A DNA stretch of 64,000 bases. It comes from an uncultured Melioribacter sp. (GTDB lineage: Bacteria; Bacteroidota; Ignavibacteria; Ignavibacteriales; Melioribacteraceae). Position 1 is the first letter of the stretch; each line of letters starts with the position of its first letter. Of the stretch, positions 19,128 through 28,886 are shown piece by piece. The DNA lies in contig CAZHHG010000001.1 of NCBI GenBank assembly GCA_964532065.1, forward strand, positions 35,811 through 99,810. The letters run 5' to 3'. The notes below the pieces were generated by a model, which was given only the letters and a program-made list of their open reading frames with translations, ran no database searches and was not told the origin of the DNA. The position numbers were made by a program, and so were the translations under genes.

Positions 19128-20049
19128 TTCGCACCTCCTTCGATTCAACACTTTCATGACCCGCAAGTTCAATAAAGATCTCCTGAAGAGAAATATCATT
19201 GGCGTCAAACTTTTTAATTACAACACCTCTTTCAACCAGCAATTTGAGGAGAGTCTGAGCCTGATCCGGTTCTTTTACTCTGACTCCGGTTGTATTGCCG
19301 AAGTTTTCTATCTTATCAATTATAGGGTGACCTTTAAGGAATGAAATGTCCCCTTCATAATTTAAGCTTACGTTTCTCTGTGAATACCTGGATTTAATTT
19401 CGCTTAACCTGCCTTTAAGAATAATTTTACCGTGATCGATCATAGCAAGGTGATCGCAAAGTTTTTCGGCGAAATCCATAAGGTGAGTTGAGAATATTAT
19501 TACTTTACCGCGTTCCTTCATTTCAAGAATAATATCTTTTAACAGATTTGTATTAACAGGATCAAGTCCGGAGAAAGGCTCATCGAGAATTATGAAATCC
19601 GGATCGTGAAGAATGGTTGCAATAAACTGGAGCTTCTGCTGATTCCCTTTCGACAGGTCTTCAACTTTAGAAAGCCGGCGGTCGTAGAGATCAAATCTCT
19701 TTAAATACTCATTAGCTTTTTTATGAATGTCTCTTCCGCTCTTCCCTTTTATCTCAGCAAAATAATTGAGAGTATCCATTACTTTCATTTTTTTATAAAG
19801 ACCGCGTTCTTCGGGAAGATATCCGACTTTATTTTTAAACTCCTGGCCTACTTTAACTCCTCTCAGATTAACTTCTCCTTCGTCAGGTAAATAAATACCC
19901 ATCATCATCCTGATAGTAGTAGTTTTTCCGGCTCCGTTTCGTCCGATCAATCCGAATATCGATCCTTCGGGTACTTCAAACGAAGCCCGATCGACTGCGA
20001 CAAGGGACCCGAACTGCTTGGTCAGGTTTTTTACTTCGAGTGCATGCAT
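19117..20049 (-). CDS. ABC transporter ATP-binding protein (NatA/ABC-2 subfamily)
   Basis: 310 aa. Motifs present are Walker A GRNGAGKTT, the signature LSKGNQQK and Walker B FIILDEP. The C-terminal extension is typical of ABC-2 ATPases. Confidence 0.92.
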   Translation of the reverse strand: MHALEVKNLTKQFGSLVAVDRASFEVPEGSIFGLIGRNGAGKTTTIRMMMGIYLPDEGEVNLRGVKVGQEFKNKVGYLPEERGLYKKMKVMDTLNYFAEIKGKSGRDIHKKANEYLKRFDLYDRRLSKVEDLSKGNQQKLQFIATILHDPDFIILDEPFSGLDPVNTNLLKDIILEMKERGKVIIFSTHLMDFAEKLCDHLAMIDHGKIILKGRLSEIKSRYSQRNVSLNYEGDISFLKGHPIIDKIENFGNTTGVRVKEPDQAQTLLKLLVERGVVIKKFDANDISLQEIFIELAGHESVESKEVRNVK

Positions 20050-20223
20050 TGTTCCCTCTTTATACTGAATAATATTATTTGTTTGTTGGCTCAGTTAACA
20101 ATTAGAGTGAGAAGCAAAATCAGGATACCAAAAAATAGAGCAAGAGTATGAACAAGGTCAAGTTTTAATTAAAAATTTAACATAAATATAAAACCAGTCC
20201 CGTTCATACTCCTGAATACTTTA

Positions 20224-22266
20224 TCACCAGATCTTAACTATCTTTCCGTCGGGAAGCCTCATCGGATCCCCCGGTTTAATATCGAAAGCTTCGAAGAACT
20301 CCGGCATGTTTCTAAGCGGGCCATTTACACGGAATCTGCCCGGTGAATGAACGTCTGTCTTAAGCTGGAGTTTGAGATACTGATCGCGCGAGTTCTCAGC
20401 CCAGACCTGTGCCCAGCCGAGGAAGAATCTCTGCTGAGGTGTAAACCCGTCAATCTTTTCACCTGACTTATACTGATTGGTTTTCTTGAAGGCGTTATAT
20501 GCAATTGTAAGTCCGCCAAGATCTCCAATATTTTCTCCAAGCGTCAATTTACCGTCGACCCTGAAAGTATCGATCGCAGAAAAACCGTTGAATTGTTCAA
20601 CGAGGACATTGGCACGGGTTATAAACCGGTCGCTGTCTTCTTTAGTCCACCAGTCTTTCAGATTTCCATCTGCATCATATTTTCTACCCTGGTCGTCAAA
20701 ACCATGAGTTATTTCATGACCGATAACGGCACCCATCGCACCGTAATTAATTGCGTCGTCGGTATCTTTATCGAAGAAGGGCCATTGAAGAATAGCGGCA
20801 GGAAAAACGATTTCGTTTATAGTAGGATTGTAATATGCATTAACTGTTTGCGGACTCATACCCCATTGAGTTTTATCGACCGGTTTTCCGATCTTCGCAA
20901 GGTTATCTTTCGAAGCCCAGTAGTTAGCACGCATAATATTTTTGAAGTAAGTATCGCGTTTAATTTCTAGCCCGGAATAATCCTTCCATTTATCCGGATA
21001 GCCGATCTTAACGCCGAATGTGCTCAACTTATGCAATGCTTTTTCTTTGGTCTCTGAACTCATCCATTCCAGGTTCTTTATGCTTTCGCCCATTGATGCA
21101 AGAATGTTTGAGACTGTAGAGCGGGCACGTTCCTTTGCTTCCGGAGGAAAATAATCTTTAACATAGATTTCACCAACAAGTTCACCCATTGCTCCGTTAA
21201 CAGATTGAAGAATTCTCTTCCATCTCGGTTGAATGATTTTAGCACCTGTTAGAAATGTACCGAAGAAATTAAATTTTTCATTAACGAAATCCGAGCTGAG
21301 TGAGTAAGCCGCACCATTTATATAATGCCATCTCAGATATGTCTTCCAATGATCGAGATGGATTTCTCTGATCATCGCCGCAACTTCTTCAAGGAATCCG
21401 GGTTGTGATATAACTATGACCGGAGGATTGGAAATTTCCATTCCCGCGAAGTAGAGATCCCAGTCAAATCCGGGTGTAATGTTTTTTAACTGACCCAGTC
21501 CCATTTTATTATATGTTTTTTCGGGATCCCTGTTCTGAAGTCTCGTATTCGACGCTTTTGCAAGACGTGTTTCAATTTCAAGAACAGTGGCAGCATTTTT
21601 TGAAGATGCGGCCGGATCATCACCAAGTAAAACGAACATTTTAGCAACATGCTGAAGATATTTTTCGCGGATCTCTTTCGAACGTGCATCGTCCTTAGTG
21701 TAATATTCAACATCAGGGAGAGCCAGTCCACCCTGATAAATTCTTGAAACCATAAAATCGCTCTTCTTGGCATCGGTTCCTACAAAGAAATTGAAAGGAA
21801 CCCGAACACCGTAGAGCGCCTGCTGACCGAAAAGTTTTACTAAATCTTTCGAATTTTTCAGCTTCTCTATTTTAGCCAGCTCCGGTAAAAGAGGTTTAAC
21901 ACCGAGCCGTTCTATTTGTGCGGAATCCATTCCGGTTGAATAAAAATCTCCGACTTTCTGTTCTGCGGAACCGGATTTCCATTCCTGACTTGCCGCAGCT
22001 TTTTCAACAATTGACTTAACGTTAACATTAGTTCTCTCGGCAAGCTGCTCGAACGCTCCCCAGCGGCTGTAGGCATCCGGTATCGGATTGCTCTTTCTCC
22101 AGCCCCCTATAGCGTACTGATAAAAATCGACTGCGGGATTAATACTCTTATCCAGATTACCCGGATCGAATCCTTTCCCTTTCTTACTTTGAGCTGATAC
22201 TGCAATACTTAAAAGAAATAAAAAAATAATGGACATAAAGCGAATTAATGGGGATTGATACTGCAT
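20224..22266 (-). CDS. M13-family zinc metallopeptidase (neprilysin/PepO-like), secreted
   Basis: 680 aa with a signal peptide. It carries HEITHGFDD (HExxH) and the downstream ENIGDLGG (ExxxD) motif. Confidence 0.92.
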   Translation of the reverse strand: MQYQSPLIRFMSIIFLFLLSIAVSAQSKKGKGFDPGNLDKSINPAVDFYQYAIGGWRKSNPIPDAYSRWGAFEQLAERTNVNVKSIVEKAAASQEWKSGSAEQKVGDFYSTGMDSAQIERLGVKPLLPELAKIEKLKNSKDLVKLFGQQALYGVRVPFNFFVGTDAKKSDFMVSRIYQGGLALPDVEYYTKDDARSKEIREKYLQHVAKMFVLLGDDPAASSKNAATVLEIETRLAKASNTRLQNRDPEKTYNKMGLGQLKNITPGFDWDLYFAGMEISNPPVIVISQPGFLEEVAAMIREIHLDHWKTYLRWHYINGAAYSLSSDFVNEKFNFFGTFLTGAKIIQPRWKRILQSVNGAMGELVGEIYVKDYFPPEAKERARSTVSNILASMGESIKNLEWMSSETKEKALHKLSTFGVKIGYPDKWKDYSGLEIKRDTYFKNIMRANYWASKDNLAKIGKPVDKTQWGMSPQTVNAYYNPTINEIVFPAAILQWPFFDKDTDDAINYGAMGAVIGHEITHGFDDQGRKYDADGNLKDWWTKEDSDRFITRANVLVEQFNGFSAIDTFRVDGKLTLGENIGDLGGLTIAYNAFKKTNQYKSGEKIDGFTPQQRFFLGWAQVWAENSRDQYLKLQLKTDVHSPGRFRVNGPLRNMPEFFEAFDIKPGDPMRLPDGKIVKIW

Positions 22267-22433
22267 GACATGAACCTCGCGATTAGTGGAAAATATAGCA
22301 CTAATTGGACGGTTTTAAGGTCGATGATGTTAGAAATATTTTAGAATAAATTAAATTATTTTTTAAAATCGATGTCCGCCGGTGTGAGGAAATAGGCTTC
22401 TATATCGGAGATTAATCTATATAAGAGAATATT

Positions 22434-23807
22434 CTAATTCCGCAGATTTTTCTTCCAGAATTTTATCTGATGGATTATTTCAGAGGGTGATGTACTTCCG
22501 GCCGTTTTTCTATTTCTAATACTCTTTTCTGCTTTTAAAAGCGGATAGAGATCCTTTTCAAACGCTTCAGAGATCTTCTTATAATCCGGCAAAGATATTT
22601 CATTGAGTTTTTTTGATCTTGATAAAGCAAGTCCTACCACTTTTCCGACGAGCCGGTGCGCTTCTCTGAACGGGATTTTTTTCCTCACCAGATAGTCTAC
22701 CAATTCAGTAGAAAGCAGGATATCCCCGTCAAGTTCATTTACAAAACGGTCTTTATCAAATTTTGTGTGTTCTAATAAGTCCGTTGTAATTTCCAGACAA
22801 TGCTTTGTAGTTTCAACTGCTTCAACAAGGTGGAATTTATCCTCCTGCATATCCCGATTGTATGCAAGCGGAAGTGATTTCATAACCGTAAGTATACCGA
22901 CGAGCGCGCCGTATACTCTTCCGGTTTTTCCTCTTACAAGTTCTGCGATGTCGGGATTTTTTTTCTGGGGCATAAGACTGCTTCCCGTAGCGAATGAGTC
23001 GTCAAATAGAGCGAACGAGAACTCCCGGGAGCTCCAAAGCACAAACTCTTCAGATAAACGGCTCAGGTTCATCATTATAATCGAGCAGGCACTGAGAGTT
23101 TCTATTATTAAGTCCCTGCTACTAACCGCGTCGAGCGAATTAAGAACAATTCCATCCATACCGAGAACTTCAGCTGTGAAATAACGGTCAACGGGTAATG
23201 TCGATCCCGAAAGGGCTGCTGCACCAAGCGGGGACTTATCTGAGCGTTTAAAGCAGTCCTTAATTCTCTCAACATCTCTTTCAAGCATTGAAATATATGC
23301 CAGGAGGTGATGGGCAAAGAGCACCGGCTGGGCACGCTGAAGGTGAGTGTAGCCGGGAATTATTGTTTCCTTATGCTCTTCTGAAGTTCTCAGCAATTGC
23401 CTTTGAAGATTCCTTATCAGGCGGATAAGCGCATTTAATTCCTTTTTAAGATAGAGACGTTCATCGAGCGCGACCTGATCATTCCGGCTTCTAGCAGTGT
23501 GAAGTTTCTTTCCTGTTTCACCGATTCTTTTTGTCAATTCCTCTTCAATGAATGAATGAATATCCTCACTGCGCCAATCGTATTTCAATTTGCCTGAAGC
23601 AATTTCTTTTCTGATTTTCTCAAGTGCGGATATAATTTTTCTTCCTTCGGAAGATGAAATGATTTTCTGCTTAACCAGCATTGTTGTATGAGCAATACTT
23701 CCCTCGATATCCTCGTTGTAGAGTTTTCCGTCTATTTCAATTGAAGATGAAAAACGAAGAGCTTTTTCATCAAGTTTTTTTTTGAATCTGCTGTTCCATG
23801 TCGGCAT
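22434..23807 (-). CDS. argH: Argininosuccinate lyase
   Basis: 457 aa. It has the fumarate-lyase signature GSSLMPQKKNPD and an ArgH-type N-terminus (W..RF). It is the last gene of the arg cluster. Confidence 0.95.
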   Translation of the reverse strand: MPTWNSRFKKKLDEKALRFSSSIEIDGKLYNEDIEGSIAHTTMLVKQKIISSSEGRKIISALEKIRKEIASGKLKYDWRSEDIHSFIEEELTKRIGETGKKLHTARSRNDQVALDERLYLKKELNALIRLIRNLQRQLLRTSEEHKETIIPGYTHLQRAQPVLFAHHLLAYISMLERDVERIKDCFKRSDKSPLGAAALSGSTLPVDRYFTAEVLGMDGIVLNSLDAVSSRDLIIETLSACSIIMMNLSRLSEEFVLWSSREFSFALFDDSFATGSSLMPQKKNPDIAELVRGKTGRVYGALVGILTVMKSLPLAYNRDMQEDKFHLVEAVETTKHCLEITTDLLEHTKFDKDRFVNELDGDILLSTELVDYLVRKKIPFREAHRLVGKVVGLALSRSKKLNEISLPDYKKISEAFEKDLYPLLKAEKSIRNRKTAGSTSPSEIIHQIKFWKKNLRN

Positions 23808-23914
23808 TTAAATCTCCGGTTATCTTCAAGAAGTAACGATCGATGCATAATAGCATGCGACCAGCTGGAAACAGTTTAGTTATTATTTCCCGATCGCTTT
23901 AAGACCAATTACTC

Positions 23915-25144
23915 TCAAGCAACTGCGCTTTTACTTTCGTTTTTTACTTTCTGTGTTACACGGTTATATGTTTTTAACGGTAATCCGTAGATCTTAATAA
24001 ATCCTTCGGATGCCTTATGGTCAAACTGGTCTTCGGCCGTATAAGTTGCCAGAGCCGGATCATAAAGGGAGTAAGGTGATGTTCTTCCCATTACTCTCAA
24101 TGTTCCCTTATAGAGTTTTACTTTAACCAGTCCGGTAACCCGTTCCTGGGTCTTATCAACAAACGCTGAAAGGGCTTCGCGCAATGGTGAGAACCAGAGA
24201 CCGTTATAAATCAGATTTGAGAATTCATGCGCAATAATTGATTTATAATGCATTACCGATTTTTCGAGTGTAAGCCTTTCAAGCTCCCGGTGTGCAAAAT
24301 GGAGTATTGATGCGGCAGGCGCTTCATAAATTTCTCTCGATTTAATTCCGACAAGTCTATTCTCAACAAGATCAATCCTTCCGATACCATTCTTTGCGCC
24401 GACAGCATTCAAAAATTTTACTAGCGAAATAGATTCCATGGATTGACTGTTGACGGCGACGGGAATGCCTTCAGCAAACTCGATGGAAATATCATCTCCG
24501 GTGTCATAAGCATTCTCGGGTGAAGTTGTAGACTGGAAAGCATCTTCCGGCGGGGCCGTCATGGGATCTTCAAGTACGCCGCATTCAATGCTGGTTCCCC
24601 ACAAATTTTCATCAATTGAATAGGGATTTTCCTTTGTTGCCGCCACCGGGATATTATGTTTCCTTGCATACTCAATTTCCTCTTCACGGGATTTGAATTC
24701 CCATTCGCGCAGAGGCGCAATAATTTTGAGATCCGGAGCGAGCGCTCCGACAGAGACTTCAAACCTTACCTGGTCATTTCCTTTTCCGGTGCATCCGTGC
24801 GAAACCATATTAGCACCTTCTTTTAGCGCAACATCAACTAATGCTTTAGCAAGAAGGGGTCTTCCAATTGAAGTAGCCATCGGGTAAGCATCCTCGTACA
24901 TAGCTCCGGCTTTCAAGGAAGGATAAACATAATCCTCCAAAAATTCTTTACGTAAATCTTCAATGTAAACTTTTGACGCGCCGGATTTTAATGCTTTCTC
25001 TTTTAATCCTGTCAGTTCCTTTGTCTGACCGAGGTCACCGGTAAAGGTTATAATTTCTGCATCATAATTGCTTTTCAACCAGTGAACCATTACTGATGTA
25101 TCTAATCCGCCCGAATACGCTACAACAATTTTGTTCTTGCTCAT
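23915..25144 (-). CDS. argG: Argininosuccinate synthase
   Basis: 409 aa. Motifs present are AYSGGLDTS (PP-loop) and [14 protein letters not shown]. Confidence 0.95.
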   Translation of the reverse strand: MSKNKIVVAYSGGLDTSVMVHWLKSNYDAEIITFTGDLGQTKELTGLKEKALKSGASKVYIEDLRKEFLEDYVYPSLKAGAMYEDAYPMATSIGRPLLAKALVDVALKEGANMVSHGCTGKGNDQVRFEVSVGALAPDLKIIAPLREWEFKSREEEIEYARKHNIPVAATKENPYSIDENLWGTSIECGVLEDPMTAPPEDAFQSTTSPENAYDTGDDISIEFAEGIPVAVNSQSMESISLVKFLNAVGAKNGIGRIDLVENRLVGIKSREIYEAPAASILHFAHRELERLTLEKSVMHYKSIIAHEFSNLIYNGLWFSPLREALSAFVDKTQERVTGLVKVKLYKGTLRVMGRTSPYSLYDPALATYTAEDQFDHKASEGFIKIYGLPLKTYNRVTQKVKNESKSAVA

Positions 25145-25145
25145 T

Positions 25146-25607
25146 TTATGTTATTCCTAATGTTGTTTTTAATTCTTCTATTATCGGTTTAATTTTTTTT
25201 ACCGATCGCGGGATTATGAGTATTGTATCATCCCCGGCAATAGTACCAAGGATATCATTATTCTTCTGACTGTCAATAAAAACCGCAACCCCCTGCGCTC
25301 TCCCGGTGAATGTTCTTATTACAATCAGCTGTCCGTTGTTATCAATAGATATTACCTCTTCCGCAATCCGGTTTTTTATTGAAGTCTGAGTACCGGAATC
25401 CCCTACACGGTAAACGGTTCCATCCGGAGTTGGAATTCTTACAATTCCAAGTTCGTTCAAATCTCTTGATAAAGTTGCCTGCGTCACTCTTATACCGTTC
25501 TGTTTTAAAAGTTTTACAAGCTGCGTCTGATTATAAACTTCCTGATTAGTTATGATCGATTTAATAAGAGAATGACGTTTGTTAATATCTTCTAATTTTC
25601 TGCTCAT
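25146..25607 (-). CDS. argR: Arginine repressor ArgR
   Basis: 153 aa. It has an N-terminal wHTH ([17 protein letters not shown]) and a C-terminal oligomerisation/arginine-binding domain with [12 protein letters not shown]. It lies between argB and argG. Confidence 0.9.
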   Translation of the reverse strand: MSRKLEDINKRHSLIKSIITNQEVYNQTQLVKLLKQNGIRVTQATLSRDLNELGIVRIPTPDGTVYRVGDSGTQTSIKNRIAEEVISIDNNGQLIVIRTFTGRAQGVAVFIDSQKNNDILGTIAGDDTILIIPRSVKKIKPIIEELKTTLGIT

Positions 25608-25674
25608 ACCTTTTCCCGTTTATTGTTTATTCGAACCTAATCACAAGGAGCCTTCATTTCAAGTACAGCCATTT

Positions 25675-26523
25675 CTATTCGCTTACAATCTCGGTACCGA
25701 CACCTTCTTCGGTAAATATTTCGAGAAGGAGGGCGTGTTCAATTCTGCCGTCAATAATATGGACTTTGCTTACGCCTTCGTTAAGAGCATTGAGAGCCGA
25801 TTCAACCTTGGGAATCATTCCGCCGTTTATAACTCCGCTGTTAATAAAATCCAGAATCTGTTTTTCTGTTAGATGGGGAACCAAATCATTATTGATTTTT
25901 ACTCCTTCGGTATCGCTCAGGTAGACAAGTTTGGCCGCATCAATAGCTCCTGCAATTGATCCGGCTGCTATATCGGCATTTACATTAAAAACCGATCCGT
26001 TAACATCCACGCCCATCGGTGCAATTACAGGTAAATACCCGTCCTTAAGTAAATTCTTAATAAGCGCTTCATTAACATCAATCACTTCGCCGACAAGCCC
26101 CAAATCCTCTTTAATATATTTTTTCACCTTTATCATATCCCCATCAATTCCGCTGATCCCCACTGCTCTTCCGCCGTGAATATTTATTCTCCTCACAATA
26201 TCTTTATTTATTGATCCGGCAAGAACCATCCGAACCACATCAAGAGTCTCTTCATCTGTATATCTTTGGCCATTCACAAATTTTGTTTGAATGTTGAGTT
26301 TATTCGAAAGTGAAGTAATCTCTTTTCCGCCTCCGTGTATCACGACAATATTAATTCCGATTTTTCTGAGCAGCGTAACATCCTTTGCTATCATCGTTTT
26401 TAACTTCTCGTCTTCCATAACGGCGCCGCCGTATTTTACAACGAACGTCTTTCCCTCAAATTGCTGAATGTAAGGAAGCGCTTCGATCAGAACATCTTCT
26501 TTTTTGAAGGTCGCGGTCGTCAA
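25675..26523 (-). CDS. argB: Acetylglutamate kinase
   Basis: 282 aa. Amino-acid-kinase motifs VVKYGG and VVIHGGG are present. The start overlaps the argJ stop by 4 nt. Confidence 0.95.
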   Translation of the reverse strand: MTTATFKKEDVLIEALPYIQQFEGKTFVVKYGGAVMEDEKLKTMIAKDVTLLRKIGINIVVIHGGGKEITSLSNKLNIQTKFVNGQRYTDEETLDVVRMVLAGSINKDIVRRINIHGGRAVGISGIDGDMIKVKKYIKEDLGLVGEVIDVNEALIKNLLKDGYLPVIAPMGVDVNGSVFNVNADIAAGSIAGAIDAAKLVYLSDTEGVKINNDLVPHLTEKQILDFINSGVINGGMIPKVESALNALNEGVSKVHIIDGRIEHALLLEIFTEEGVGTEIVSE

Positions 26524-27704
26524 GATCTGTAGCTCCCGTTAATTTTTACATAGTCTTCGGAGAAGTCGCATGTCCAGCAATTCGCAGATTCGCTTCCTGA
26601 ATTGAGATTAACTTTAAGCCGGACATTTTTCCCCTTTAAAGTCTGGTTTGCTACCGCATTAGGAAGCGTAACAATGTAGTTCTGCCTCAATATCTGAGTG
26701 TCGTTTATGAAGATCTCAAATTTTTCGGGATCAAACTCAATCCCGGAATAACCGACCGCAGCAATAATCCTGCCCCAGTTAGCATCCTCACCATGGATAG
26801 CCGTTTTTACTAGAGGTGAAAGGGCAATTGTTTTAGCGGCTTTTAGAGCATCCTGTTCCGAATTTGCCCCTTCTACAATCACCTCGATCAATTTAGTTGC
26901 ACCCTCGCCGTCGCGGATTATATCAATTGCCAGTTTTTTTAGAATCTGAAATAGTTCTGATTCGAAAGCTTCGCACGAATTACTCTCTTCTGTAATTGAG
27001 ACACCAGAAGCTCCGTTTGCAAGCATTAAAACCATGTCGTTTGTACTTGTATCTCCATCTACAACAATCCTGTTGAATGTTTTATCGACTGTTTTTTTCA
27101 GCATCTGCTGTAAAAGAGTCTTCTCAATTGCCGCATCAGTAGTAATAAAACCGAGCATTGTGGCCATATTGGGATGAATCATTCCAGAACCTTTGGCAAT
27201 TCCGCTTACGGTTACTTCTTTGCCGTCAATATTAAATGTGGAAGATTCCGTTTTATAGAATGTATCGGTGGTCATTATTGCTTCTGCAGCATCTTTTTCA
27301 TCACCAACAACAAGGCAATCTTTAATTACTGCAATTCCATTTAATATTTTTTCAATTGGCAACGGTTCGCCGATTACACCGGTGGATGCTACAAGCACCT
27401 CCTCTTTTTTAATACCGAGAATAGCTGCCGTATGTTCAGTCATAAGTTCGGAATCAATATATCCTCTTTCGCCGGTGCACGCATTAGCATTACCACTGTT
27501 GACAATTATCGCGTAAGTATTTTCACTTTCTTTCAAATGTTTTTTACTGAGTAAAACAGGTGCTGCCTGAACTTTATTAAGTGTAAAAACTCCTGCGGCT
27601 GTTGCCGGGTAATCTGAGACAATTACGGCAAGGTCCTTTCTCGATTTTTTTATCCCACAATGAATTCCGGCGGATTTAAATCCCGATGGTAATTTTGTAT
27701 TCAT
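26520..27704 (-). CDS. argJ: Bifunctional ornithine acetyltransferase / N-acetylglutamate synthase ArgJ
   Basis: The start was moved to ATG 27702-27704 (MNTKLPSGFKSAG...), giving an ATGA overlap with the argC stop; the ORF-track start at 27740 would overlap argC by 40 nt. The autoprocessing site PNMATMLGFITTDA is present. Confidence 0.93.
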   Translation of the reverse strand: MNTKLPSGFKSAGIHCGIKKSRKDLAVIVSDYPATAAGVFTLNKVQAAPVLLSKKHLKESENTYAIIVNSGNANACTGERGYIDSELMTEHTAAILGIKKEEVLVASTGVIGEPLPIEKILNGIAVIKDCLVVGDEKDAAEAIMTTDTFYKTESSTFNIDGKEVTVSGIAKGSGMIHPNMATMLGFITTDAAIEKTLLQQMLKKTVDKTFNRIVVDGDTSTNDMVLMLANGASGVSITEESNSCEAFESELFQILKKLAIDIIRDGEGATKLIEVIVEGANSEQDALKAAKTIALSPLVKTAIHGEDANWGRIIAAVGYSGIEFDPEKFEIFINDTQILRQNYIVTLPNAVANQTLKGKNVRLKVNLNSGSESANCWTCDFSEDYVKINGSYRS

Positions 27705-28750
27705 GCTGATTGCGCTTTTAAGTATTTCTTCTTTGAACATTTTAGAATCCCTTCGGTATGATCAATTCCGAAAATAATATTCATGTTTTGAACCGCCTGG
27801 CCGGCAGCTCCTTTAATTAAATTATCAATTGTTGAAAGAACTGTTATGATTCCATTGTTAACTGAAAAACCGATATCACAATAATTGGTTCCGGTTACAT
27901 TCTTAATTTCCGGCATTGCGGGATGAACAACTCTGATAAACGGAGAATCGGAATAATATTTTTTAAATACGTCTATACATAATTTTTCATCAACATTTAT
28001 ATTAGTTTTCATTTGAATTGTTGTGTATATACCTCTTGTTATTGGAAGTAAGTGCGGGACAAAAGAGAATGCCGGATCTGAACCGCTAAACAAAGCTATA
28101 TATTTTTTAATTTCCGGAATATGCTGGTGATTCCCCACTTTATATGCTCTTATGTTTTCATTTATTTCGGAGAATATCATATTTTCGGATACTGTCTTAC
28201 CGGCTCCGGATGTGCCGCTGTATGATACTATACTAATAAAATCTTCTATTATTATATTCTCTTTTAATAAGGGAATAAGTGGAAGTAGAACACTTGTTGG
28301 ATAACAGCCTGGATTTGCTACGATTGATGCTTTTTTAATTTCCTTTTCGTTCCATTCACTAAGTCCGTAAACTGCAATATTTACAAGCTCCGGAGCGGTA
28401 TGCCCGTGTTTATAGTATTTACTGTAATCATTCAAGTCAGTTAACCTGAAGTCCCCGCCAAGATCAATTACCTTTACTCCTTTTGCATAAGCACCTTTTA
28501 CATATGGACTTGCCTGTCCGGACGGTAGTGCAATAAAAAGCAGATCCAGATCTTCTAAAAGCTTCTCGTCATACGTCTGAATTTCATCCGCAATTAATCC
28601 TTTTAGTGAAGGGTGTACTGCATCTATTCTATTTCCAGCCGAGTTATATCCAAAGAGACGGGTAATTTCTACTCTTGGATGATCGAGCAGCAATTTTAGT
28701 AGTTCTAAACCCGAATATCCCGCAGCTCCAACTATGCCAGTTCTAATCAT
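27701..28750 (-). CDS. argC: N-acetyl-gamma-glutamyl-phosphate reductase
   Basis: 349 aa. It has the N-terminal GAAGYSG Rossmann motif and the catalytic Cys in ANPGCYPTS. Confidence 0.95.
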   Translation of the reverse strand: MIRTGIVGAAGYSGLELLKLLLDHPRVEITRLFGYNSAGNRIDAVHPSLKGLIADEIQTYDEKLLEDLDLLFIALPSGQASPYVKGAYAKGVKVIDLGGDFRLTDLNDYSKYYKHGHTAPELVNIAVYGLSEWNEKEIKKASIVANPGCYPTSVLLPLIPLLKENIIIEDFISIVSYSGTSGAGKTVSENMIFSEINENIRAYKVGNHQHIPEIKKYIALFSGSDPAFSFVPHLLPITRGIYTTIQMKTNINVDEKLCIDVFKKYYSDSPFIRVVHPAMPEIKNVTGTNYCDIGFSVNNGIITVLSTIDNLIKGAAGQAVQNMNIIFGIDHTEGILKCSKKKYLKAQSA

Positions 28751-28778
28751 TTACATGTTCTTATAAATTAGGGGTATA

Positions 28779-28807
28779 ATTATACATTATTATGTATAAT
28801 TATGCAA
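28779..28807 (-). promoter_or_regulatory. Sigma70-like promoter of the arg operon (TTGCAT - 17 nt - TATAAT)
   Basis: The minus strand reads TTGCAT (28807-28802), AATTATACATAATAATG, then TATAAT (28784-28779). The -10 lies 28 nt upstream of the argC ATG, and the promoter sits just downstream of the preceding terminator. It is a sequence match only. Confidence 0.5.
28781..28798. promoter_or_regulatory. 18-bp palindrome overlapping the arg promoter spacer and -10; candidate ARG box (ArgR operator)
   Basis: TATACAT-TATT-ATGTATA has 7-bp perfect arms and an AT-only 4-bp centre. This is the same 18-bp geometry as the ARG box consensus wnTGAATwwwwATTCAnw, with symmetric deviations in both arms. It overlaps the -10 hexamer, as repressor operators usually do. 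Confidence 0.4.
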
Positions 28808-28822
28808 ATGCAAAATATGAAT

Positions 28823-28846
28823 AAAAAAACCCGGCGGGTGCCGGGT
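28823..28846 (-). terminator. Rho-independent terminator of the outer-membrane receptor gene
   Basis: The minus strand reads ACCCGGC-ACCC-GCCGGG followed by TTTTTTT. It lies 41 nt downstream of the stop at 28887. Confidence 0.8.
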
Positions 28847-28886
28847 CTATCTGTCTACTAATATCAGGATCAAGATTAAAGTTCAG

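Noticed and set aside
19128-19208. 27-codon N-terminal extension of the ABC-2 permease
   Set aside because: It would overlap the ATPase gene by 92 nt. The internal ATG at 19127 has an AAGGAGG Shine-Dalgarno and gives a normal NatB-like N-terminus.
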